Source of the DNA: a virus
Lineage: Duplodnaviria > Caudoviricetes
Strand: one strand, 5' to 3'
Virus record (IMG/VR): IMGVR_UViG_3300037634_002601
Location: 1-39,403 of that record
DNA: 39,403 bases
The notes beneath the pieces are model-generated. The model was not told the DNA's origin, searched no databases, and saw nothing but the letters and a program-made list of their open reading frames with translations. How positions within the stretch are numbered: position 1 is the stretch's first letter; each line of letters opens with the position of its first letter. Made by a program: the position numbers and the translations under genes. Of the stretch, positions 1 through 9,000 are shown piece by piece.

Positions 1-1
1 C

Positions 2-1846
2 CAGATTTTATCAGAAATTACAATTCATATGAAATATGCAAAATATTTACCACATGAAAATAGGAGAGAAACATGGCAAGAGTTGGTCACCAGAAACAAA
101 GAAATGCACAAAAAAAAATACCCAAAACTAAAAGATGAAATTGAAGAAAAATATAAATTTGTCTATGAGAAAAAAATATTACCATCCATGAGGAGTTTGC
201 AATTTGGTGGCAAATCTATTGAAATCTCACCAAATAGAATTTATAATTGCGCCTATCTACCAATTGATAGCATTGATTGTTTTAACGAAATAATGTTTTT
301 ATTATTAGGTGGGACAGGTGTTGGATATTCTGTACAAAAACATCATGTTGTTAAATTGCCCGTAATTCAAAAACCATACCCTAAACGAAAACGAAGGTTT
401 TTAATTGGTGATTCAATAGAGGGGTGGGCCGACTCTATTAAGGTTTTAATGAAATCATATATGAACGGAGGTGGTAGTAAAATTGAGTTTGATTTTTCTG
501 ATATTAGACCAAAGGGGGCCATGTTGGTTACATCTGGTGGTAAAGCACCTGGACCACAACCACTAAAAGAATGTATATTAAAAATAAAGGGTATTTTAGA
601 ATCAAAAGAAAATGGTGACCACTTAACAACATTAGAGGCTCATGATATTGTATGTTATATTGCTGATGCTGTTCTAGCTGGTGGTATTAGGAGAGCGGCA
701 CTTATAAGTTTATTTAGTGCTGATGACGAAGAAATGATTTCTTGTAAAAGTGGTAATTGGTGGGAATTAAACCCACAAAGAGGTAGGGCTAATAATTCAG
801 TGTGTTTAATGAGGCATAAGATTACAAAAGAGTTTTTTATGGGTTTATGGAAACGTGTTGAATTGTCTGGCGCAGGGGAACCTGGTATTTATTTAAACAA
901 TGATAAGGATTGGGGAACTAACCCGTGTTGTGAAATAGCACTACGACCTTATCAATTCTGTAATTTATGTGAAGTAAATGTTTCTAATATTGAATCACAA
1001 GAGGATTTAAATGAACGAGTTAAGGCAGCGGCATTTATTGGGACACTTCAAGCTGGTTATACAAATTTTCATTACTTGAGAGACATCTGGAGAGAGACAA
1101 CAGAAAAAGAGGCATTAATTGGTATATCAATGACTGGTATCGCATCTGGTGTGGTTTTAAATTATGACATGAAACAAGCAGCGGATAGAGTAAAAAGAGA
1201 AAACACACGCATTTCAAAACTCATTGGAATCAATAAATCAGCTAGAACAACCACCGTTAAACCAGCAGGTACAACTAGTTTAGTATTGGGTACCAGTTCT
1301 GGTATTCATGCTTGGCATAATAGTTATTATATTAGACGAATAAGGGTTGGTAAAAATGAAGCAATATATCATTATTTAATTAACAATCATCCAATGTTGG
1401 TAGATGATGAGTATTTTAGACCGCATGATACGGCTGTGATTCAAGTACCCCAAAAAGCACCAAATGGTTCTATAATTAGAACTGAATCAGCCTTAACTTT
1501 GTTAAATAGAATTAAAAAATTAGCAACAGAGTGGGTTAAATCTGGCCACAGAAAAGGTTCAAACAGTCATAATGTTTCAGCAACCGTTTCATTAAGAGAA
1601 GAAGATTGGGATTTAGTAGGTGAATGGATGTGGGTAAATAGGAAATTTTATAATGGGTTATCTGTATTACCATATGATGGTGGTACATATACGCAAGCCC
1701 CATTTGAAGACATAACAGAAGACAGATACAATGAAATGATGAAATCATTAACAGAAATAGACTTATCTTTAATTGTTGAGGGTGAAGATAACACAAACTT
1801 ATCTGGAGAATTAGCTTGCGCTGGTGGGTCTTGTGAAATAACTTAA
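2..1846 (+). CDS. nrdJ: Class II (adenosylcobalamin-dependent) ribonucleotide reductase, probably 5'-truncated by window edge
   Basis: Motifs YNCAY, GGTGVGYSV, GTNPCCEI (N-x-C-x-E), FCNLCEV, TTVKPAGTTS, C-terminal CAGGSCEI redox Cys pair; no adjacent nrdB. Frame is open upstream of ATG29 (QILSEITIH-MKYAKY) to the window start. Confidence 0.9.
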   Translation, partial: QILSEITIHMKYAKYLPHENRRETWQELVTRNKEMHKKKYPKLKDEIEEKYKFVYEKKILPSMRSLQFGGKSIEISPNRIYNCAYLPIDSIDCFNEIMFLLLGGTGVGYSVQKHHVVKLPVIQKPYPKRKRRFLIGDSIEGWADSIKVLMKSYMNGGGSKIEFDFSDIRPKGAMLVTSGGKAPGPQPLKECILKIKGILESKENGDHLTTLEAHDIVCYIADAVLAGGIRRAALISLFSADDEEMISCKSGNWWELNPQRGRANNSVCLMRHKITKEFFMGLWKRVELSGAGEPGIYLNNDKDWGTNPCCEIALRPYQFCNLCEVNVSNIESQEDLNERVKAAAFIGTLQAGYTNFHYLRDIWRETTEKEALIGISMTGIASGVVLNYDMKQAADRVKRENTRISKLIGINKSARTTTVKPAGTTSLVLGTSSGIHAWHNSYYIRRIRVGKNEAIYHYLINNHPMLVDDEYFRPHDTAVIQVPQKAPNGSIIRTESALTLLNRIKKLATEWVKSGHRKGSNSHNVSATVSLREEDWDLVGEWMWVNRKFYNGLSVLPYDGGTYTQAPFEDITEDRYNEMMKSLTEIDLSLIVEGEDNTNLSGELACAGGSCEIT

Positions 1847-1869
1847 TTTGTGTGAATCATATAACAAAC

Positions 1870-1903
1870 GGAGATTCCAAAAAAGGTTTCTCCATTTTTT
1901 TTT
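1870..1903 (+). terminator. Probable intrinsic terminator after nrdJ
   Basis: GGAGA-tt-CC-aaaaaa-GG-tt-TCTCC imperfect stem followed by A and a T9 tract. Confidence 0.6.
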
Positions 1904-1922
1904 CCATAAAATTAAATTTTGC

Positions 1923-1930
1923 TAAATTTG
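1923..1930 (+). promoter_or_regulatory. Bacteroidota-type -7 promoter element
   Basis: TAAATTTG matches TAnnTTTG, 30 nt upstream of ATG1961. Confidence 0.5.
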
Positions 1931-1960
1931 CACATATTTAATATAAACAAATTATATTTT

Positions 1961-2368
1961 ATGAAAATTTTAAATTTATTAATTTTATTGTGTTTAGCAC
2001 AAATTATGTTTTGTCAAACACACAAAACATTTATCAAAAATTTTAACACTTATGATAATAATAATATTATATGTGATTTACCAGGTGATTTAAATGTGGA
2101 AAAATGGGATAAACCTTATTGTCAACTGGTTTCTGGTGTTAAAATTATTAATTTTGGTGATAATATATTATCTATGTTGGCGAATAACAGAAGATATGAG
2201 ATAAATATAAATAACGGTTCAAACCACACAAAAATAACATTACCAAATATGAAGAATTTTATTATTGTTAATGGTGTTGACCTAAAAGAGGATTTTATTT
2301 TTATACTTAAAGTGCCTAAACATTTTAATGTTATTAAAGTTGAGATATTTGACGAAATACTTCAATAA
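1961..2368 (+). CDS. Hypothetical secreted protein (135 aa) with Sec signal peptide
   Basis: ATG1961 gives MKILNLLILLCLAQIMFC-Q, a signal peptide followed by Gln as is typical of Bacteroidota; preferred over the TTG1919 start in the track, which overlaps the promoter element. Confidence 0.7.
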   Translation: MKILNLLILLCLAQIMFCQTHKTFIKNFNTYDNNNIICDLPGDLNVEKWDKPYCQLVSGVKIINFGDNILSMLANNRRYEININNGSNHTKITLPNMKNFIIVNGVDLKEDFIFILKVPKHFNVIKVEIFDEILQ

Positions 2369-2370
2369 CC

Positions 2371-2379
2371 ATATTTATA
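2371..2379 (+). promoter_or_regulatory. Putative phage late promoter ATATTTATA
   Basis: Motif recurs in intergenic gaps before structural/lysis genes; 13 nt upstream of ATG2393. Confidence 0.6.
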
Positions 2380-2392
2380 TATAAATATAATT

Positions 2393-2782
2393 ATGGCAGA
2401 CAATGGAAAATTTATAAATATTGCGTTTCCTTTTAAAGAAAGTAGGCGAGGTGATTTTGTTAAATTAAACAATACAGACAAACAAGCAATTAAAGCTGAT
2501 TTAATGCACCTCATATTGACTAGAAGAGGTGAAAGACTTTACCTTCCAGACTTTGGTACTGATTTACTTAAATATATTTTTGATATGAACGATGATTCGG
2601 TGCATGTTGAAATAAAGAAACACTTAAATGGTGTTATTAAGAGATACCTACCAAATTTACAAGTAAATGAGGTGATTGTTGAGCAAAGTGAACAAAGTGA
2701 ATATGCTGTAACAATTAGAATCGATTACAGTATAACCGATGATGTTTTTGTGGATACTGATTTTGTTATTATACAAATATAA
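2393..2782 (+). CDS. Baseplate wedge protein, T4 gp25 / P2 gpW family
   Basis: 129 aa with LILTRRGERLYLPDFGTDL signature of GPW/gp25 family; next to gp6-like gene. Confidence 0.9.
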   Translation: MADNGKFINIAFPFKESRRGDFVKLNNTDKQAIKADLMHLILTRRGERLYLPDFGTDLLKYIFDMNDDSVHVEIKKHLNGVIKRYLPNLQVNEVIVEQSEQSEYAVTIRIDYSITDDVFVDTDFVIIQI

Positions 2783-2784
2783 TT

Positions 2785-3744
2785 TTAATTTATCGACATT
2801 GCTTGATTTTGTAGTGAATTTAATATAACAAATTCTTTATATTCTGAATAATTTTTAATATTAAGACAAAACGGTAATGGGTTTATTTTTTTACCGTTAT
2901 AAATAACCTCATAATGCAAATGAGGGCCAGTCGAATCACCAGTATTACCTACAAACCCTAGAACCTCACCCCTTTTAATCCTTTGGTTTAATTTAACCAC
3001 CATTTTAGACATGTGTGCATATAATGTCTTATAACCATATCCATGGTCTACGGTAACATTTTTACCATAGCCATTTATTTTATGTTCTATTTTAATTACT
3101 TTCCCATTCCCAGTAGAATATATTGGTACACCAACATTTGTTGGGAAATCAATACCAGTGTGCATTTTAATGACCTTAAAAATTGGGTGTTTTCTATATC
3201 CAAATCCAGAGATTTTTTTATTCTTTAAATCAAAGTTTTTTATTGGTAATATTGATGGTATTGACGATAACATAAATTCCTTAGTATTAAGTTCGTTGAT
3301 TATCAAATCTTGTGATTCAGCAACAACATTAATATTATGTTTTATTTTTAATAATTTTTTCTTTATTAATGTTAAAATTTTGGGGTTTGATTTTCCACTT
3401 AAGACTTCGTTTAATTGATTGTTCGGACCAAACCATAAATAATTTTTTTTAGGTTCAATACCTAACATAGTAGTATAAATGGTATTGTCCCTTTCAATTA
3501 GATTATCAATAACAGAGTTAACTAAGGTCATCTTATTATTGATATTTTGGTAGTTTTTCCTAAGTATTATTAAATCCTTAACATCATTAGTGTTTTTAAC
3601 TCTAAGGGTTATTATAGATACAATAGAAGTATATCCAATAATAAAGGCTAGAGTTATAAAAACACTAAGTGGGGTAAATTTAATTAAATACCCCACTTCA
3701 TCATATTTTAGAGTATCTTCATTAAAGATGTATGCTTTATCCAT
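2785..3744 (-). CDS. M23 (LytM) family metallopeptidase with N-terminal TM helix and coiled coil
   Basis: HTGIDF (HxxxD) and GPHLHYEV (HxH) Zn motifs, GYG..V.VDHG.GY.TLYAHM; N-terminal hydrophobic helix; architecture like Bacteroidota cellular M23 peptidases. Confidence 0.92.
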   Translation of the reverse strand: MDKAYIFNEDTLKYDEVGYLIKFTPLSVFITLAFIIGYTSIVSIITLRVKNTNDVKDLIILRKNYQNINNKMTLVNSVIDNLIERDNTIYTTMLGIEPKKNYLWFGPNNQLNEVLSGKSNPKILTLIKKKLLKIKHNINVVAESQDLIINELNTKEFMLSSIPSILPIKNFDLKNKKISGFGYRKHPIFKVIKMHTGIDFPTNVGVPIYSTGNGKVIKIEHKINGYGKNVTVDHGYGYKTLYAHMSKMVVKLNQRIKRGEVLGFVGNTGDSTGPHLHYEVIYNGKKINPLPFCLNIKNYSEYKEFVILNSLQNQAMSIN

Positions 3745-3779
3745 AGTTTAATCTTTATTAAAATTATCATTGATAACTA

Positions 3780-3811
3780 GAAATATACCAATGATTGTAT
3801 AAAAAGTCAAA
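3780..3811 (-). promoter_or_regulatory. Bacteroidota-type -33/-7 promoter for the M23 gene
   Basis: Minus strand reads TTTG-20 nt-TATATTTC (one mismatch from TAnnTTTG), 35 nt upstream of M23 ATG. Confidence 0.5.
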
Positions 3812-3845
3812 TAAACATGTATTTTTTTTAATTTTTTATTATTAT

Positions 3846-3855
3846 GATATTTATA
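3846..3855 (+). promoter_or_regulatory. Putative phage late promoter GATATTTATA
   Basis: Recurrent motif, 16 nt upstream of ATG3872. Confidence 0.6.
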
Positions 3856-3871
3856 ATAAAACAATTATGTT

Positions 3872-5689
3872 ATGCCTAAAAAAATAAATTACTATAGTAG
3901 AAACTTTGCTGATGTAAGACAAGAATTGATAAATTTTGTTAAACAATATTATCCGAACATATTAAATGATTTCAACGATGCGAGCGTTGGGATGATGCTT
4001 TTAGAGTTAAATGCTGCGGTGGGTGATATGTTATCATTTCAGACTGATAGGATGTTTCAAGAGACACAATTAGATTTTGCACAAGAAAGGGGTTCTATAT
4101 TAGCCATGGCTAGAACCTTTGGACTAAAGGTGCCAGGTAAGAGGCCATCAGTTACTATTGTCGATTTTTCTGTTACTGTGCCAGTTCTAGGTGATACATT
4201 TGATATTAGCTATGCACCAGTAATAAGAAGGGGTGCACAGATAAGTGGTGGTGGAAAAATATTTGAAGCACCAGACGATATAGATTTTTCTTCTCCATTT
4301 ACAACTGGTGGTATACCAAATAGACTTATAATACCAAATTTAGATAATAATAATAATATAATAAACTATGTGTTAACAAAAAGAGAGATGGTAACAAATG
4401 GTGTCACTAAGGTTTTAAAAAGAACAATAAGTGAAAACGATGTTAAACCCTTTTTCGAAGTAATATTGCCAGAAGATAATGTTTTATCAATTAATTCAAT
4501 AATAACCTTAGAAGGTACAAACCTAACAAGTAATCCAACATTATCTCAATTATACAATGAAGATTATAGATGGTATGAAGTCAACGCATTAGTTGATGAC
4601 ATAGTGTTTATACCAGACAACACAAGACTTAGTGATAGTTCAACGGTAAAACCAGGTGTTTTTAAGAAAGTTAATCAAAGATTTATAAGAGAATATACAG
4701 ATAATGGGTATACAAAATTAATTTTTGGTGGTGGGTCTGAAGACATAAGTTCATTGTGTGATTTTGGGGTTAACAAATCACTTATTAATAGGATTGGTGA
4801 TTTTATAAATAATTCAGCATTTGGGTTAACACCAAAAGCGAATCAAACAATGTTTGTTTCTTATAGAGTAGGTGGCGGTGCATCAACTAATATTGGGCCA
4901 AATACGCTTTCAACTGTTGTTAATATAACAACAATTGTTAATGGTTCAAACGATAAAATAAACCAACAAGTTAGAAACTCAGTAACAGTTAACAATCCAT
5001 TGCCAGCATTAGGTGGTAGAGATGAACCAAGTGTTGAAGAATTAAGAAACTTAGTTAGATATAATTTCTCATCTCAAGAAAGATGTGTGACAATAGAAGA
5101 TTATAAAACAAGAATCGCATTAATGCCTGGGGAGTTTGGTATCCCATTTAGAAATAATGTTATGGAGGTCCAAAACAAAGTTAAGGTTTTTATTCTAACA
5201 CTTAACGAAAATGGGAACCTAAGTACTAATTCTACTAGTGTACTAAAAGATAACATATCAACATATTTGTCAGATTATAGAATGCTTAACGACTATGTTG
5301 AGGTCGATAGCGGTAATGTATATAATATAGGGTTTGAAGTTGACATATTTGTTGATAAACAATTTCCACAATCAGACGTTATTTCTCAATCAATAACCAC
5401 TATTTCAGATTATTTTAATATAGACAAATGGGGTATGGGTGATAATATATATTTTACTCAATTGATTGAGCAAATAAATAACGTTCCAGGTGTTTTAAAT
5501 GTTATTGATTTAAGGGTTTATAATAAGGTTGGTGAGGGTAAATATTCATCAAATGAAATACCACAACCATATATTGATGATGAGACAAGACAGATTGATT
5601 TATTGGGTGAGTACACTCTTTTTGGTGACCCAGTGGGTATGTTTGAAATTAAATATCCAGAAACTGATGTCGTTTGTAGAGTAAAGTAA
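3872..5689 (+). CDS. Baseplate wedge protein, T4 gp6 / baseplate J-like
   Basis: N-terminal RNFADVRQELINF..DFNDASVG..LLEL.A.VGD.LSF..D....E..L..A, LIFGGG, SYRVGGG..TN, GGRDEPS.EELR, QERCVTIEDY: gp6-family motifs. Confidence 0.88.
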   Translation: MPKKINYYSRNFADVRQELINFVKQYYPNILNDFNDASVGMMLLELNAAVGDMLSFQTDRMFQETQLDFAQERGSILAMARTFGLKVPGKRPSVTIVDFSVTVPVLGDTFDISYAPVIRRGAQISGGGKIFEAPDDIDFSSPFTTGGIPNRLIIPNLDNNNNIINYVLTKREMVTNGVTKVLKRTISENDVKPFFEVILPEDNVLSINSIITLEGTNLTSNPTLSQLYNEDYRWYEVNALVDDIVFIPDNTRLSDSSTVKPGVFKKVNQRFIREYTDNGYTKLIFGGGSEDISSLCDFGVNKSLINRIGDFINNSAFGLTPKANQTMFVSYRVGGGASTNIGPNTLSTVVNITTIVNGSNDKINQQVRNSVTVNNPLPALGGRDEPSVEELRNLVRYNFSSQERCVTIEDYKTRIALMPGEFGIPFRNNVMEVQNKVKVFILTLNENGNLSTNSTSVLKDNISTYLSDYRMLNDYVEVDSGNVYNIGFEVDIFVDKQFPQSDVISQSITTISDYFNIDKWGMGDNIYFTQLIEQINNVPGVLNVIDLRVYNKVGEGKYSSNEIPQPYIDDETRQIDLLGEYTLFGDPVGMFEIKYPETDVVCRVK

Positions 5690-5708
5690 ATTATTTAAGT
5701 CATAATTA

Positions 5709-5739
5709 TTGACTTTATTCATTTTAATTGCTATATAAT
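5709..5739 (+). promoter_or_regulatory. Possible sigma70-like promoter
   Basis: TTGACT-17 nt-TATATA(AT) in intergenic gap; weak given AT-richness. Confidence 0.3.
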
Positions 5740-5740
5740 A

Positions 5741-5764
5741 CATAATAACATAATAACATAATCA
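5741..5764 (+). repeat. 8-bp tandem repeat x3 (CATAATAA, CATAATAA, CATAATCA)
   Basis: Read directly; a related CATAATTA is at 5701. Confidence 0.7.
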
Positions 5765-5778
5765 CAAAAAATTTTCAT

Positions 5779-6081
5779 ATGGGCTGCAATTGTAAGAATA
5801 AAAATAACAATGACTTGACAAATGATTCTGAAAATGATAAAACATTTGGTGATAAAACAATGGTATTTTTATTTAAGGTATTATTATTTATATTTGTTTC
5901 AGTATTAATTAGTGTGGTAATTATTCCATTTTCTATATATGTGATACATAAGGCAATCTTTAGAGATGGCACCTTGAATGTGGAAAATTTCATAACTAAC
6001 AGTAAAAAATATTTTAATAAGAATAATGATATCAATAATCACACACCCAAACCCAATGTTGTTGATAGTCAAAATAATTAA
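5779..6081 (+). CDS. Small membrane protein with N-terminal MGCNCK motif
   Basis: 100 aa, single long hydrophobic segment (MVFLFKVLLFIFVSVLISVVIIPFSIYVI); co-oriented with structural operon. Confidence 0.7.
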   Translation: MGCNCKNKNNNDLTNDSENDKTFGDKTMVFLFKVLLFIFVSVLISVVIIPFSIYVIHKAIFRDGTLNVENFITNSKKYFNKNNDINNHTPKPNVVDSQNN

Positions 6082-6097
6082 AAAATAAAAATAATTA

Positions 6098-9000
6098 ATG
6101 TCTGACAACATAAGAATAAAAACTACTCCAGGGGGTGAAAATAAATTCCTAAAGGTAAAAATAAACCAAAAATTTGATTTTATTGAAATCCTATCATTAA
6201 GGATATCTCAAAATCAAGCGTATAAGCGTTTTTGTTCTGACTATGGTGTTGTTGTTGGTAGAGTAATTATTAATAATGGGGTGGGTGTTCCAAATACTAA
6301 GGTTTCTATATTTATACCAATAGATAGTAATGATGCACTAGACCCAGAAATAATTGGTCTTTATCCATTTGAGATATTTACGGATAAAGATTCTGATGGT
6401 ATACCATATAACCTATTACCTAAAAATTCAAGAGGTAAAGGCGATTGCCACACAATAATCGGTACATTCCCAAGTAAGCGAGAAATACAAGATAACGCAC
6501 AATTAAGTGATATATATTGTAAATATTATAAATACACCACAACTACAAATGATTCTGGTGATTTTATGATATTTGGTGTTCCAGTAGGTTCACATTTTTT
6601 ACATGTTGAAGCCGATATTTCAGATATTGGTATTTTTTCGCAAAAACCCTACGAACTTGCTAATGATGCTGGTGGGTCTGTTAATTCACAATCTCCAACA
6701 AAATATAAGGATAGGATACAAACATCAAGCTTAAGTCAATTAAAAAGATTTTCACCGATTAGTGTCAGTGTTATACCATTTTGGGGGGACACTGAACAAT
6801 GTGAGGTTGGTATAAGTAGAATTGACGTTGATTTAAGAGTAAATATAACACCAAGTGCGCTTTTTGTTGGTTCAATATTTAGTGACAGTGGTAAGAATAG
6901 TCTTGGTAAGTTTTGTATCCCTAGAGAAGATATGGGAAATCATGCACAATTATCTACTGGTTCTGGTTCTATAGAAATGATTAGAAAAACCAGAAGTGGT
7001 GGTACCGAAAGGTTTGATGTTAATGGTGGACAAGTTATTGACGATAATGGTACATGGGCTTATTTAATTCCAATGAACCTTAATTATGTTGTTACATCAG
7101 AAGAAGGTGATTTAATACCCTCAAACGACCCAACAAAAGGTATACCCACAACCACAAATGTTAGGTTTAGAATAGGTATGAATGTCAATGGTTCTGAAGG
7201 GCAGTCAACTACCAGAGCCAAATACCTAGTACCAAATAACCCAAGTGGTCATACTATTGATTATAATTTTGATAGTAGTACGACTGATGTAAGTTTCACA
7301 GAATTAATATGGAATGAAATATATACCGTAAAAAATTATATTGCTAGAACACAAATATCATTAATAAACCCAGAAGAAAGAAATTTCTTAGGTATAAAGG
7401 ATGTTGATGAAGGGCCATTTTCACCATTCCCATTTAATAAATTAGATATTGATGTAAACCCATTATTTGGTCTTATATGTTTATTTTTACACATATTCGT
7501 TACAATACTTTGTGCTTTTAACACAAGTATAATACCACTAATTAATACCGTAATATATCTTATTAATATTATATTAATGACAATTTGTTTTGCCGTTGCT
7601 ACAATATCTATAATTGTATGTGGGTTAGATAACATGTTTGACGCTTCGGCTCGTGCGGAATGTAGATGTGCCAGCTGTATGAATACTGATGCTTGTGACC
7701 CAACTGATGAGTCCGTGGATAATTGTTTAAAAGTGTGTGATGACCCAATTTTAAATTATATACCATATATAACATTAGAATGTGGTGCCAACCCAAGTGG
7801 TATGAAATATGCGCCATGTGGTTTTGAGTTTGGTATTGATTTTGGCCTTGCTTGGGAAGCTACAAATGATGCCGCATTAAGTCAAGGTTTTCATTATCCA
7901 GGTGATGACGATGGGCACGAAGTGTATCATTTAGATGCTGGTTGGATTGAATGCAATGCACTTGGTATAGCAAAAGCGTTGAATGTATTTAAGTTTGATT
8001 TTTATAATGATTGGGTAAATGGTACACTATACTCTTATTTATTTAGTGTTAAGATAAATGGTGATAAATCAAAATTTTGTGATACAGATTGTGGGGGTGA
8101 TGTATCAGATACTAACCGTTGTAGGAATAATTACGTATATGACACATGTACAGAGGCAGCACCAGACTCAGACCACATGAATATTATTGACAGTAGTGGT
8201 ATTGGAGGCGCAACATATAACGCACTATACTCAAATATATATGAAGGGTTAATAAAAAGGCATAATGGTGAATTTTATTATGTTCCAAAATCTGATAATA
8301 CTAATAAATTATATGCAACAGACATTGTTAGATTAGGTTCAATGGTTGATTGTCATTGGAAAGGCACCCCAAATATGCATAAATATTTTGTTGAAACAAC
8401 GTATAATATGCCACCATTGATTGCTGAATCAGATGATAATGGTGTAGTTATAACAGGATTTGATACCAACTTAAATAATGATGGTACAACACTTATTGGT
8501 AATATAGTTTGTTTACCAGGTCTTGGTGGTATATTAACAGATAATGATAATTGTGTGAATATAAGACGATTATCGGAACTTGGTGTTGGTTTAGATGAAG
8601 ATAGACAAGATATTGGTGGCATCTCTGTTGATAATAAAATAGATAATAGAGATGTTGAGGCAACATACGTTAGGGGTATGTTTGCATACCTAAATGGTTT
8701 AATACTACCAAGTGCAGCACAAGGTGGGGCGGTATTTAATGAGATAAAATTTGATAAAACGGATAATAACTTTGGGTATGATGATGAGGTCCCATATTAT
8801 GACTTTAGAAAGTTAAATCTAGTTAACAAGATAAAAGAACATGATAATTCATTTTATTTTTATTTTGGACTCATAAATGGTAATGGTGCCATAACAAAAA
8901 TGAATAAAAACTTTTTTACTGAGTGTGTACCAGAAGACGATAGTGATTTTATTGTTATTGGTAATGTAATTAGTGGTGACGATGGTACAAGTAATCCACC

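Noticed and set aside
2-1846. Intron or intein in the RNR gene
   Set aside because: ORF is continuous with normally spaced motifs and no intein splice motifs
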